IMG/VR virus record: IMGVR_UViG_3300025133_008129
Length of the DNA stretch: 20,000 nucleotides
Reading direction: 5' to 3' (one strand)
DNA from: an uncultured virus (IMG/VR IMGVR_UViG_3300025133_008129)
Lineage: Duplodnaviria; Heunggongvirae; Uroviricota; Caudoviricetes
Below the pieces are notes generated by a model. The model made no database searches and had not been told where the DNA came from. It saw only the letters and a list, made by a program, of their open reading frames with translations. Within the stretch, counting starts at the first letter, position 1; each line of letters begins with the position of its first letter. A program made the position numbers and the translations under genes. Positions 1 to 9,812 of this stretch are shown piece after piece.

Positions 1-1
1 A

Positions 2-1486
2 TCCTACTTAAAATTTAAAAACTTTGATTTGCCATTCAATGATTCTTCTAATAGATTAGATGGCTATAATGGTCCCGTAGTAAGAAACGGATATCGTCTT
101 ATGTGTTTTGAGTTTCAAGACTTTATGGATGATGACGTAGCATACTACAACACTATAGGAACACACCATGGTGATCGCGAGAGCTGGTGGACAGATTACA
201 GATTCGAAGTCGATACACTTGATAATACATATAAAATTTATAATGTGGTGAAAAAGTTGTTAGAGAGAGAATATGGGATGTTCATGGAATATTATCTAAA
301 GGCGATAGAAGCCTGTAGTTATAACAATATAGAAGGAGTGTTTAACGAATTCTTTATAAGTGCAATGACTGAACTTGAAGCCTCTGGCGCTTTGGTCGCG
401 TGGTACCGTGCTCCATTCATATATAATTCGGCCATGGCAGTACTAACAAATAAATATGATGGCATTTTCTCCATGTCCGACATAGCCAACAAGATACTCG
501 AAGATTCACAATATTTAGCCGGCCGCCTTTCACCAATGTCCGGAAATATGAGAGAAGTAAATTCCTTCAAAGAAAAGTTCGAACACCTTTTGGGAATGTT
601 TAATAGCTCCTTAATCCCGCTTGAAAATCGCGGCCCAAATGCAGGAGCCGTGTATGACTTGTTTGTTGATGTTATGGGAACAGAACCTACAAACTATAAG
701 AATGTGGGCCAACGATACACCCGGAATCGAGACATAACAGAAGATATATATGGAAACTTGTATCTTAGCGCATGGACGAAAGACGACATTTACCCAGGCC
801 AGGTATCTGGCCTTATAGAAGATACAACTACGGTCCCGGACGCCTGGGCGGAAGCCGCGGAAGAAGAAGCCGCGGCAGCAGAAGCAAGAAGAAACAGCGG
901 CGCCGACATTGGTGTATGGACCAACGACTGGACCGACATAGATACAATAGAAATCAATGCTGGCCGCTACGATGAGGATCTCGGATACGTCGCAGCCGGC
1001 AGCGAGTGGGAAGAAGGCGCCTTAGTAACAAGCACCAGTGATTCATATAGTGGTTTAGGAGTGTATCTACAGCCCGGCACATATACAATATGGTTTAAAG
1101 ACTCTGCAGGTGACGCCCGCACCCGATTCGTTGTTTTAACCATCGAAGAAGATGCAGAAAGCCCGAATCGAGTTAAGCGTTATACCGGCGCCGGCGCGAT
1201 ATATACACATTCAGGAGTGGGTAGAGCCACAATAAGCTGGCCATACCGAAAAGCAGATTGTGGCGGTACCGATAGCTACGTGAGATTCACAAATAATTAT
1301 GATAATAATCAGATCACCTCGGGCACCGCCAGAGGCGATGACTTATTTTGGGCGCAATATGAAGAACTCAGGCCCATGACCGATATGATCCCCACCATGT
1401 TTACCATCCACCGCGGCGTTCAAAACGACTCTTGGGAAACACCATGCGATGTGTGGAGAACGATGAGACTTTACCACCGCCCATAA
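2..1486 (+). CDS. Hypothetical phage protein, 5'-truncated (probable virion structural protein)
   Basis: The frame is open from position 2 (SYLKFKNFDLP...), so the TTG at 29 is unlikely to be the true start. Ends TAA at 1486. An Ala/Glu linker (AEAAEEEAAAAEARR) precedes a beta-rich-looking C-terminal domain. Structural role inferred from context only. Confidence 0.7.
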   Translation, partial: SYLKFKNFDLPFNDSSNRLDGYNGPVVRNGYRLMCFEFQDFMDDDVAYYNTIGTHHGDRESWWTDYRFEVDTLDNTYKIYNVVKKLLEREYGMFMEYYLKAIEACSYNNIEGVFNEFFISAMTELEASGALVAWYRAPFIYNSAMAVLTNKYDGIFSMSDIANKILEDSQYLAGRLSPMSGNMREVNSFKEKFEHLLGMFNSSLIPLENRGPNAGAVYDLFVDVMGTEPTNYKNVGQRYTRNRDITEDIYGNLYLSAWTKDDIYPGQVSGLIEDTTTVPDAWAEAAEEEAAAAEARRNSGADIGVWTNDWTDIDTIEINAGRYDEDLGYVAAGSEWEEGALVTSTSDSYSGLGVYLQPGTYTIWFKDSAGDARTRFVVLTIEEDAESPNRVKRYTGAGAIYTHSGVGRATISWPYRKADCGGTDSYVRFTNNYDNNQITSGTARGDDLFWAQYEELRPMTDMIPTMFTIHRGVQNDSWETPCDVWRTMRLYHRP

Positions 1487-1527
1487 GAATATTAGATACA
1501 GATACTATTTAGTTATAGGTATAAAGA

Positions 1528-2109
1528 ATGAAAAAAAACAAGAAATTGCCAGAGATAGGAAGCTTAGAAGAAGACAGAGAACATATGTTTATGTCGGACT
1601 TCAAATTTTCAAATAAGAAAGTTCAAAATATTGGATTAGCCCCAATGACGACAAAAATTAAAAAAGGCCTTGACATCCTGGAACAACAAGGGATTCTTCC
1701 CAAAGAAGAATTCAAAAGAAATCCAAACGATATAGCGGAAAGATTCTTATTCGGAATCAATTGTGTTTTATCAGACGAAGATGTGGGATTCTCACTATTA
1801 GATTCCCAAACCGATCAAGAAGAAATACAAAATGTTAATATCTTCGACGCCCGAGAATTCTCAAATCTAAAAGCAAGCTATATAAAGACACCTGACAAAT
1901 TTCAAGATGAATGTGATCCGTTTTATAATTTAGACGAGAGAATGCCAGAGAACATCAGAAGAATGAAAAAGATGCGAAAAGAAAAAAGGAAGCCATACCT
2001 GTTAAAAGTAGCCTCTCAGGCTTCACAAATAAATCTGAAGAAGACGAGAAACAAGAAAATAAGATATTTTAAAGACACAAGAAAGCTTAGAAAAGCAGGA
2101 GAGTTTTAA
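1528..2109 (+). CDS. Hypothetical protein, 193 aa, Lys/Arg-rich termini with acidic centre
   Basis: ATG..TAA ORF filling the gap; stop overlaps the next start (TAATG at 2107-2111). Confidence 0.75.
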   Translation: MKKNKKLPEIGSLEEDREHMFMSDFKFSNKKVQNIGLAPMTTKIKKGLDILEQQGILPKEEFKRNPNDIAERFLFGINCVLSDEDVGFSLLDSQTDQEEIQNVNIFDAREFSNLKASYIKTPDKFQDECDPFYNLDERMPENIRRMKKMRKEKRKPYLLKVASQASQINLKKTRNKKIRYFKDTRKLRKAGEF

Positions 2110-3176
2110 TGGCGGACTACGGCGATATGTCACCCTCCACCCTTCCATGGGTTGGACTCACAGAAGACGCAACAGATTACACCCCACCGATCTCTGTGGT
2201 GTTGGATGACCCAATATTTGCCGATCTACCAGATGGCCACCAGCTTATGAGAAACAAGGTCTATTATTCATTGCCAGATGTAGATACACATGGATTTTTT
2301 AGTTCGCTTTCAACATTTGGGATCATCATGAAGGATACAGTATATTCTGTGCCTGACATCGCTGGCAAGGACGACAGAAGAGAAACTGAACCAGGAATGG
2401 ACTATATATATGGCGAGGAACCAATTGTCTATAAAGATGCGGAATTCGTTTCTTCTTTAAAATCTGAGGGCTGGGATGACTTTAAAAATTATATTGGTAA
2501 TGCCTATATAGATTCTCCATTTACTTGTTTTCGAGAAATAGAAAGGTATATGAATTGGTTTGATTACGATGACGAAGAATTAGAATTTGGTTTTACTTGG
2601 AAAGACAAAAGCGCTGAGTGGAAACAATCAAATCAGCTGCGTTCGATCAATAAGCCAGTGATCCTCCCAAGCGGTGTAGAGTATAATTATATCCTCGCCG
2701 AAGCACCATATATAGAGATAACTTCTGACAGATATACCGAGTCCGGCCCTGTCTGGGCCGATCCATTTGATGGTGATGGGTTCTCAGCCGAGTTTTCAGA
2801 GGGATATCGTCTATCGTCGATAGTTACATACCCATCGTGGCTGACGAATGATTTAGTAAAGAGGTATAAATCAATTAATGCGGTTATGTCTAATATGAGT
2901 AGTTATATAGACGCACAAACACAATATTTGATGAATACGGGTTATCGAACTGTTCTTAAGAGACAGCTGACATCACGAGCACAAACAGTCACACGATTTA
3001 TGAATAAGGAGTTCACAACGATGGCCGCCGGTAGTACTATATCGACGCAGGCCTCTGCTCAAGCTCAAGCGTTAATGCCAGGCTCTACTGCCCTCCCCAC
3101 AGTACCTTCACCGACCCTGGATACATCGACAGTCACACCCATCGAAGACCCGATCGCGCCCGGCGGAGACTACTAA
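2109..3176 (+). CDS. Hypothetical acidic protein, 355 aa, Pro/Thr-rich C-terminal tail
   Basis: Long ORF coupled to the upstream gene by TAATG and 1 nt from the next ATG. No recognisable motif. Confidence 0.75.
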   Translation: MADYGDMSPSTLPWVGLTEDATDYTPPISVVLDDPIFADLPDGHQLMRNKVYYSLPDVDTHGFFSSLSTFGIIMKDTVYSVPDIAGKDDRRETEPGMDYIYGEEPIVYKDAEFVSSLKSEGWDDFKNYIGNAYIDSPFTCFREIERYMNWFDYDDEELEFGFTWKDKSAEWKQSNQLRSINKPVILPSGVEYNYILAEAPYIEITSDRYTESGPVWADPFDGDGFSAEFSEGYRLSSIVTYPSWLTNDLVKRYKSINAVMSNMSSYIDAQTQYLMNTGYRTVLKRQLTSRAQTVTRFMNKEFTTMAAGSTISTQASAQAQALMPGSTALPTVPSPTLDTSTVTPIEDPIAPGGDY

Positions 3177-3177
3177 T

Positions 3178-6100
3178 ATGCCTGACCCCGAACTTTTCTT
3201 TCCGCCCGGCTCGGTTGCCCCGGCCGGCCCACCACTGTATTCAACAGCGCATGAAATAGACGATTCGCATGTATATACTTTTGTTGGACATGGCAATGTG
3301 GAGGGCGACGGAAACCATTTAAGAGAAGAAATAGGGAATATTTGGTCTATCGTCGACGGGAAAGAAGAAAACCAGTCACTCAACACTCGGGCACTTCCGT
3401 TATATAAGACTGAAAACTTAAACGGTATTGAAGTATTTCGTGCCAATAGTCGTTCAAGATATATTAAAGCGGTGGAGATTAATCCTTGTACGGTTAGAGT
3501 TTTGGAACCCACGCTAGCGGTACCAAATTATTTAATACCCGTTAGACTGTATTCCGAACTAAACTTACCTGGCGGCGACCTATTTTGGAATACTTTATTT
3601 AGAGGAGGCCAAATCGGAGAGGACAACTATACATCTCTGCTTCCTTCTGATGCCGTTTATTACAACACAATGTTTAAATATTCAATTCCATACACGATTC
3701 TGGAAATGAAAAAAACTGGGATAAGTTCAACAACCGCAGAACCAACAAATGTAGGATATGAATATAACGCATATCTTCACAGATATGAGTCATCAGTGAA
3801 TAATAAAAAATCAGAACTTCTTATTCCAAATTATTATATGTTTAAATACATAAAAGGGGCCAATGCTTCATATAAACAATACGCCACGTTAGAAAAAAAG
3901 GTTAGCTTAGGTATTTTAAGAAATGATTTATTTAAAAACAGAACTCGTTCATTCTCTTATTTAGAAAAAGATTTTTCAGGCTATAGTTTTTCTCCCACAC
4001 TCGAAGATGAAGTTACTAATTCACAAAAAAACATACTGTTCGATGATAAATACTATGAGAAAGAAAGGTATGACACAACTCAGCCAATGCCACAGAGCCT
4101 ATTCCCATACGGAGTTAGAATCTCTATGCCGAATGATTCTGGAATAATAGAGAAAACTTCCAAGAGTAAGTATCGAATTAGAGATTCAATAATGAAGAAT
4201 GATTTCTCAGCGAAGTTTTTGGAAATATTAAAAGATGTATATGATGAGAGTTTCCCGGATATAGCTCCGGGCTACTTAGAATATACTGTACAAAAATCCT
4301 CATTAGCTAAATCATCGACGCCACGTATGGGCCCACAGAAGGTTGAAACCAACACAGTTAATAAGACACCTTATAAAACAATAGATTTTCTGGAGTTTTT
4401 AACACTTATATATAACAACTATTCTGCGTCTCTCAATGACGATTATTCCTTTGTGGGAAACGCCCGGGCAGCAGCCGCCGAAAGAAGCACGACATACTCG
4501 GCCACCGGATTTGACAGATATTTCAACAATAAGAATGTGATGGCAGTTCTAAATGATACAATCAAATATTCTAAAACCATTCTAAATGCAGATGATCTAA
4601 AATACATGAACTTACAAAATGTGATTAATATACAGGAGAATCCTGTAGAGACTTTAGCTTATAGAATTGAAAAAGTCGCCGGCCAACAATCTGAGAATTC
4701 AACAAATAAAACAGTTCTACAAAACTTCTGGATGTTCAATTCTTCCCATATGAAAAACTTGGATTTATTCGACACTCAGGTCAAATATGGCGAGAAATAC
4801 ACATACAATTGTTATGCATATGTTGTGGTTCCCTCCTATAGATATAAATATACGAATCTGAGGCTAACTAAACAAATAGCTAGAATAGATACAGATGGCG
4901 ATGGAATCCCGGATCAATACTGCATGCAGTTTTATGATCCAGCAACAAATAACTACGCAGAACAACTATTCTATGATGGTGCGGGGATGGTTTCATCCGC
5001 GCCCGGTTCATCGATTGGGACTGTAGATTTTGAATCCGGTCCAACTGGAATGATAATTTCACCCATGTCTGCAGAGCCAGTTAGTGATGGTGAGGAGGTA
5101 TACCCGTTTCCTCCGGACACGGTTGAAATGATGAGTCAGCAGGGCCAAGATAATACTGAAAAGAAGAAGAAGTTAGAAGAAACTCTAGCGGGCTCATCCG
5201 ATGGCATGGGCGGCGGAGGCCACCACGCCGGCAGCGGACAGAATTGGAACCACGGAAGTTCGGGCGATCCGACTCATGACAGCCCCCCCGCCGGCGGCCC
5301 GGGCTATGTTGAGGGCGCCGGAGGCGGCTATGCCAGTCCCACCACCGGGTGGCGGTTCGGCCCGATGGAGGAGGAGGGAGAAGAAGAAGGCAGCGCCGGC
5401 GAAGGCATGGATGAAGAAGCATTCGCAGAGTTAATGGGTGTCATCAATAATCTCAATACGGGGCTGAGTCCGGATGCCTTCGCCGCCTTTATGCAAGGCG
5501 CGACCTTTGGCGGCGGCGCCGACGAAGATGGCCCGGGCCACGATTCAGGCGGCTCCGGCGACGGCGGCGGCAGCGAAAGCGAGTGGTACGAAGTCCCCGG
5601 GGTCGATGAAAACCACGACGGCATTCCAGATGACGAGCAAACACCTGCGCCGTACGTCCGCGTCAACACCGGCGGCAAATGGGGCATCGGCATCACCGGC
5701 CTCCCGGGCAGCGCCTTCAACGATCCCGCTTCGGGCACCCCGACCGCCCCCTATGATCATCCCATTCAGTACCATGGCACCACCTTCAACGTACCGGCCA
5801 TGGCCGGCGTACTCAAGAAGTCTTTTTTGAAAGCCGGAGACTGGACCGACGCCGACCAGGCCGCATACGATAAACGTTGGTGGGTTGCCCGGCAGGCCAA
5901 TACCCCCGGCAACAAAGTCGAAGTAGCAAGTCCTTTCACGCAAGGAGGAGAATCCGGTGGCGGCTCAAGAAGCATTGTTAGAAGCACAACCACCGCACCA
6001 ATAAGAGACCCGTATGGTAGCAGCCCTTACTCTAACATCCAAGCCATGTCCAGTACTGGAGATTCAACCCCGCACCCGGGCACTACCGGCGGTAGCCCAT

Positions 6101-7683
6101 ATCCAGGGTCATCCATGCCCGGCGCCGGCCCCGCATTCTATGAGACTGGCCCGGGCGCACCTCCTGATTACACTGCACCCACACCCGTCTCACCCGGCCC
6201 GGGCAGTTCCGCCGGCGCCGGCACAATAATAGTGCCTTACTCCCCAGTTATGCCACCGATAACGATATTAACCTCCTGTAAAACATCGATATTAGCCACA
6301 AGAAATGCGTACGCCACAATCCAACAAGACATGAGTGACAGTCCGCACGTGGCAGACTTCTACTTCCATGTAGAACCGTGTTTTAAGGTTATAGAGATCC
6401 CCATGTTTTCAAAAACACAACAAGTTTTAGATCATCCCGGTAATGGAGCATCGATATATCCATTTCAATACATAGATGATTCGCAGAGAGTAGGATTTGA
6501 AACATCATATGAGAGTCATGTGCCAAAAGAATTCCCGACAGTTATAACAGCCGAAGATCAGGTTAAGAAAGACGACTACTTGTTCGCAAATAATTTGCTT
6601 TTAAAAGATATCATAAACGCAAAAACGATCTCGCGAGCAAGATATGTAGAAGTCTTTAGAACATCTGTCAAACCAACAAGTTACGGAGATTTTGAAGGAA
6701 ATCTCTTAAGCACTCTCGATCTTAGAATAGAAGATACAGAGTACGTCTTTGCTGACACAGTTTATGAATCGGAAATTGACACTAACAAAAAATATTACTA
6801 TCTATTTAGATTCCTGAACGAACATATGATGATAAGCCACCCATCTGAAATAATGGAATGTGAATTAGTTAATGATGGAGGATACAAGTATGCTATTTTT
6901 GGCGTACTATACGAGCAACATCTCCGCGCCGCACCACCAAAGAACACAACAATCTCCATGAAGAAGCTTCTGCAGATACAACCTAATATGAACCAAATTA
7001 CACTTGACACAACCGACGTTGATTTTAATAAAAAAGCAGCCACTCAAATAAACAAAGTCAATGTTGGGGTTGCTAAAGAGTTGATTTGGGGAAAACGATT
7101 TAAAATTAGAATGATTTCTAAGAAAACCGGAAAGAAAGTAGATCTGAATATTAAATTTAAAATGCAAGAAGACCCTGAAGCGCCTGTCAAGTCCGCCCCA
7201 CCCGGAATGTCTGTGGCGCCAGAGCCATCGCCCGGAGCGCGCTGGGAGCACGAGACTGAGGTTACGGTGACAATGGAGGAAGAGGAAGAGTGGTGGGAGG
7301 ATGATTTGGGAGATACAGATGCCTACAGAGAAGGCACAGATGTACCAGAAGAAGGTTATGGTGGCGACGGCCCGCTATACCCACCGATCACGGTGGTGCC
7401 AGAGCCAGACCCGGTCTGGCCATGGCCGACCACCGGCATAGATTATGGATTTTATGAAGCCGACCCCCCCGAAGGAATGTTCGGATCCTCGACTTATGAT
7501 GGTTCAAGCGATGGTCCCTCCTTTTATGAAGCCGACCCCCCCGAAGGAATGTTCGGATTCTCGACTTATGATGGTTCAGGCGATGGCCCCTCCTTTTATG
7601 AAGCCGGCCCTTACACCGGCCCCGACGATACCTTCACAGGCGCCGAGATGACATATTACGAGTGGGATCATGACTGGGAATAA
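3178..7683 (+). CDS. Large putative virion protein, 1501 aa, with internal Gly/Pro/Ser/acidic insert and acidic repeat tail
   Basis: Uninterrupted ORF. Globular-looking AT-rich segments (about 3178-4970 and 6270-7165) flank a low-complexity insert. Contains two DxDxDG-like motifs. Lies just upstream of tail/baseplate-like genes. Confidence 0.75.
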   Translation: MPDPELFFPPGSVAPAGPPLYSTAHEIDDSHVYTFVGHGNVEGDGNHLREEIGNIWSIVDGKEENQSLNTRALPLYKTENLNGIEVFRANSRSRYIKAVEINPCTVRVLEPTLAVPNYLIPVRLYSELNLPGGDLFWNTLFRGGQIGEDNYTSLLPSDAVYYNTMFKYSIPYTILEMKKTGISSTTAEPTNVGYEYNAYLHRYESSVNNKKSELLIPNYYMFKYIKGANASYKQYATLEKKVSLGILRNDLFKNRTRSFSYLEKDFSGYSFSPTLEDEVTNSQKNILFDDKYYEKERYDTTQPMPQSLFPYGVRISMPNDSGIIEKTSKSKYRIRDSIMKNDFSAKFLEILKDVYDESFPDIAPGYLEYTVQKSSLAKSSTPRMGPQKVETNTVNKTPYKTIDFLEFLTLIYNNYSASLNDDYSFVGNARAAAAERSTTYSATGFDRYFNNKNVMAVLNDTIKYSKTILNADDLKYMNLQNVINIQENPVETLAYRIEKVAGQQSENSTNKTVLQNFWMFNSSHMKNLDLFDTQVKYGEKYTYNCYAYVVVPSYRYKYTNLRLTKQIARIDTDGDGIPDQYCMQFYDPATNNYAEQLFYDGAGMVSSAPGSSIGTVDFESGPTGMIISPMSAEPVSDGEEVYPFPPDTVEMMSQQGQDNTEKKKKLEETLAGSSDGMGGGGHHAGSGQNWNHGSSGDPTHDSPPAGGPGYVEGAGGGYASPTTGWRFGPMEEEGEEEGSAGEGMDEEAFAELMGVINNLNTGLSPDAFAAFMQGATFGGGADEDGPGHDSGGSGDGGGSESEWYEVPGVDENHDGIPDDEQTPAPYVRVNTGGKWGIGITGLPGSAFNDPASGTPTAPYDHPIQYHGTTFNVPAMAGVLKKSFLKAGDWTDADQAAYDKRWWVARQANTPGNKVEVASPFTQGGESGGGSRSIVRSTTTAPIRDPYGSSPYSNIQAMSSTGDSTPHPGTTGGSPYPGSSMPGAGPAFYETGPGAPPDYTAPTPVSPGPGSSAGAGTIIVPYSPVMPPITILTSCKTSILATRNAYATIQQDMSDSPHVADFYFHVEPCFKVIEIPMFSKTQQVLDHPGNGASIYPFQYIDDSQRVGFETSYESHVPKEFPTVITAEDQVKKDDYLFANNLLLKDIINAKTISRARYVEVFRTSVKPTSYGDFEGNLLSTLDLRIEDTEYVFADTVYESEIDTNKKYYYLFRFLNEHMMISHPSEIMECELVNDGGYKYAIFGVLYEQHLRAAPPKNTTISMKKLLQIQPNMNQITLDTTDVDFNKKAATQINKVNVGVAKELIWGKRFKIRMISKKTGKKVDLNIKFKMQEDPEAPVKSAPPGMSVAPEPSPGARWEHETEVTVTMEEEEEWWEDDLGDTDAYREGTDVPEEGYGGDGPLYPPITVVPEPDPVWPWPTTGIDYGFYEADPPEGMFGSSTYDGSSDGPSFYEADPPEGMFGFSTYDGSGDGPSFYEAGPYTGPDDTFTGAEMTYYEWDHDWE
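7450..7605 (+). repeat. In-frame 72-bp tandem repeat (two full copies plus 12 bp), unit FYEADPPEGMFG(S/F)STYDGS(S/G)DGPS
   Basis: Copies at 7450-7521 and 7522-7593 differ at 3 of 72 nt; partial third copy TTTTATGAAGCC at 7594-7605. Confidence 0.95.
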
Positions 7684-7709
7684 AAAAATAGTTAAACACG
7701 GATATTATT

Positions 7710-8720
7710 ATGGCTTTTAAAAAGACAAGCGGCACGATTGTTATTGACGCAACTTTAACCGAATTAGGTCGAGAAAAAATGGCTAAAGGAGAATTTTTAA
7801 TTTCGAAATTCGCTTTAGGTGACGATGAAATTGACTATAGCCTATATGATAAAATTATAAAATATGATGAGGACGGGATCCAGGCTACCAAGATAACGGC
7901 AATGTTGGAAGCATATTCAAATAAAAATTCTAACATTACGTACGGCCCAACCACACATATAAGCCAAAATATACTGTATCTCCCAGAGCTTAAGGTTAAT
8001 AATAGATTAAGTTTTTGTCCGGATATCTATCATGATGTTCATTATCTATCAGTTAATGATGAAACTTCCGAAAAGATAGATTTGATCTTCGCAAATTCGT
8101 TTAAATACTTGGAATCAAGTACAGCAGAAAAATCTAAACTAGTAATTGAGAGCGGTTTAAACACACCTGAAGTTCGCCCAGAACTTAAAAATAGAGATAA
8201 GTATCTATTAAATTTAGGCTTGTTGGACCAATACTCATATGTCATGTGTGATGCTAGATTTATAGATTCTATGATGACATCAGATAAAAACAGTAAATTT
8301 CAAAATTTTCCAAACGGAGATTATAAAATTAATTTCGAGACACTGACGGCTGCCGCACCCACCTCACACAACAATGGTTTCAGATTTTATAGAACATATT
8401 TATGTAATATGATCCCTAATTTAATGACAGATTATGAATCTTTCACTTCCCCAGGCCTTGAATTTTCGAATATTCTTGGCCCCCGCGGCACCGTCATGGC
8501 CACAAACTATTCTGTCGTGTCAAGCCTTAGAACAAATTCCGATGGCGAAAGAGACAAAAGATGGACTAAATACGGCGAAATCGATCAAGTATTATTTAGC
8601 GAAGAATACGTAACACAATACAAGTTTGATTATATAGAAACAACTATATACATAGTAGGCGCAATCTCACATGCGTCAATTCAGGTACCTGTGAGATTAT
8701 TAAGATATTCAGGAACTTAG
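7710..8720 (+). CDS. Putative tail/baseplate structural protein, paralog A1
   Basis: N-terminus IDATLTELGREKMAKGEFLISKFALGDDEIDY and C-terminus DYIETTIYIVG align clearly with the next ORF. The motif resembles the start of P2 gpH/DUF3751-type domains as recalled. Confidence 0.6.
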   Translation: MAFKKTSGTIVIDATLTELGREKMAKGEFLISKFALGDDEIDYSLYDKIIKYDEDGIQATKITAMLEAYSNKNSNITYGPTTHISQNILYLPELKVNNRLSFCPDIYHDVHYLSVNDETSEKIDLIFANSFKYLESSTAEKSKLVIESGLNTPEVRPELKNRDKYLLNLGLLDQYSYVMCDARFIDSMMTSDKNSKFQNFPNGDYKINFETLTAAAPTSHNNGFRFYRTYLCNMIPNLMTDYESFTSPGLEFSNILGPRGTVMATNYSVVSSLRTNSDGERDKRWTKYGEIDQVLFSEEYVTQYKFDYIETTIYIVGAISHASIQVPVRLLRYSGT

Positions 8721-8798
8721 TATTTAAAAAGTTTTATTATAGTGCTATAATCTATTTAATAACAAAAACACTAATTATTATAACAAAGAGGTAAATAA

Positions 8799-9791
8799 AT
8801 GGCTTTCTTAGACAATTCCGGAGACATTATTCTCGACGCTGTGCTCACAGAGATCGGCAGAAGAAAAATGGCTAAAGGAAACTTTTCAATTAAAATGTTT
8901 GCTCTTGGCGACGATGAAATCAACTATAAGTTGTATAACAAAAACCATCCGTCAGGTTCAGCTTACTATGATCTGGAGATATTACAAACTCCGATACTGG
9001 AGGCCTTCACAGAGACAAATGCTGGAATTAATTATGGCCTTTTGTCCCACGGTAACACCAACTTGATGTATATGCCGGTTATGAAAACAAACGAAAAAGT
9101 GCCAAACGCGGCCATCAAGAGTGAATCCGGTTTTTACTACTTGGCTGTTGCTGATGGAGTCACTGCAGACGCCATCACTGCTGCCCTGGGAGGCTCCTGC
9201 GAAAACGCAGGTCAGTATGTACTTCAATCCGGAGCCCACACTGGAACAAAGATTATCTCCGAGATAGGATTAGATACAAAAGAAATATCGGCCACAACGC
9301 AGAACAGAAATAATTATCTGGATTCTAACAATCTAACAGACACCGGAATATCTGTTTCGATTGACACGAGATTCTTATCGAGCGTACTAGGGGCCGCTAG
9401 GGGAAGTGTATTTAGTAATAGTGGCACTGAGGGCCGCGAAAAAATTCAAATTAACATGTCCCGCACCGCTGCCGGCCGAACGGATCGCAATCTTCCAAAC
9501 CATAGGATAGCCACAGTGAAAGCAATTAGAAATCAAGTTGTGTTTAGACAGAACGACAACCGAGCAGACACGGCAACATCAGTGATGAATGGCCCCCGCG
9601 CCAGCGCGACAGCATTAAACTTTGATGCCAAGAACCTCACCAACGACGATTTTAGTCGACATGGTAAAACTTCACAAGACCTGTTTGGAGATGGTAACAC
9701 ATATGATTATATCGATACAACAGTGTATGTTTCCGGAGTGTCCTCGGGCGCAACCCAACAAATTAGTTTAAGGTTAATTAAAAAAGCATAA
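8799..9791 (+). CDS. Putative tail/baseplate structural protein, paralog A2
   Basis: N-terminus LDAVLTEIGRRKMAKGNFSIKMFALGDDEINY, C-terminus DYIDTTVYVSG; GAGG RBS upstream. Confidence 0.6.
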   Translation: MAFLDNSGDIILDAVLTEIGRRKMAKGNFSIKMFALGDDEINYKLYNKNHPSGSAYYDLEILQTPILEAFTETNAGINYGLLSHGNTNLMYMPVMKTNEKVPNAAIKSESGFYYLAVADGVTADAITAALGGSCENAGQYVLQSGAHTGTKIISEIGLDTKEISATTQNRNNYLDSNNLTDTGISVSIDTRFLSSVLGAARGSVFSNSGTEGREKIQINMSRTAAGRTDRNLPNHRIATVKAIRNQVVFRQNDNRADTATSVMNGPRASATALNFDAKNLTNDDFSRHGKTSQDLFGDGNTYDYIDTTVYVSGVSSGATQQISLRLIKKA

Positions 9792-9812
9792 TATGATAAA
9801 TGGAGAAAAGAA

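Noticed and set aside
1531..1539. A-run (AAAAAAAAC) as a programmed frameshift site
   Set aside because: It sits in the first codons of a Lys-rich N-terminus, with no obvious downstream structure or useful alternative frame.
5081..6229. Cluster of alternative-frame and antisense ORFs
   Set aside because: Expected by-product of the GC-rich, stop-poor insert; no RBS or recognisable protein motifs.
4975..6270. Insert as an intein, intron or IS element
   Set aside because: No C/S...HN-C/S/T splice motifs, LAGLIDADG, transposase motifs or terminal repeats were seen; the frame is continuous and low-complexity.
7450..7605. 72-bp repeat as a CRISPR array or a DGR template/variable repeat
   Set aside because: Copies abut with no spacers and are in-frame coding. 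Mismatches are C>T, A>G and T>C, so not adenine-specific, and no reverse transcriptase is in the window.
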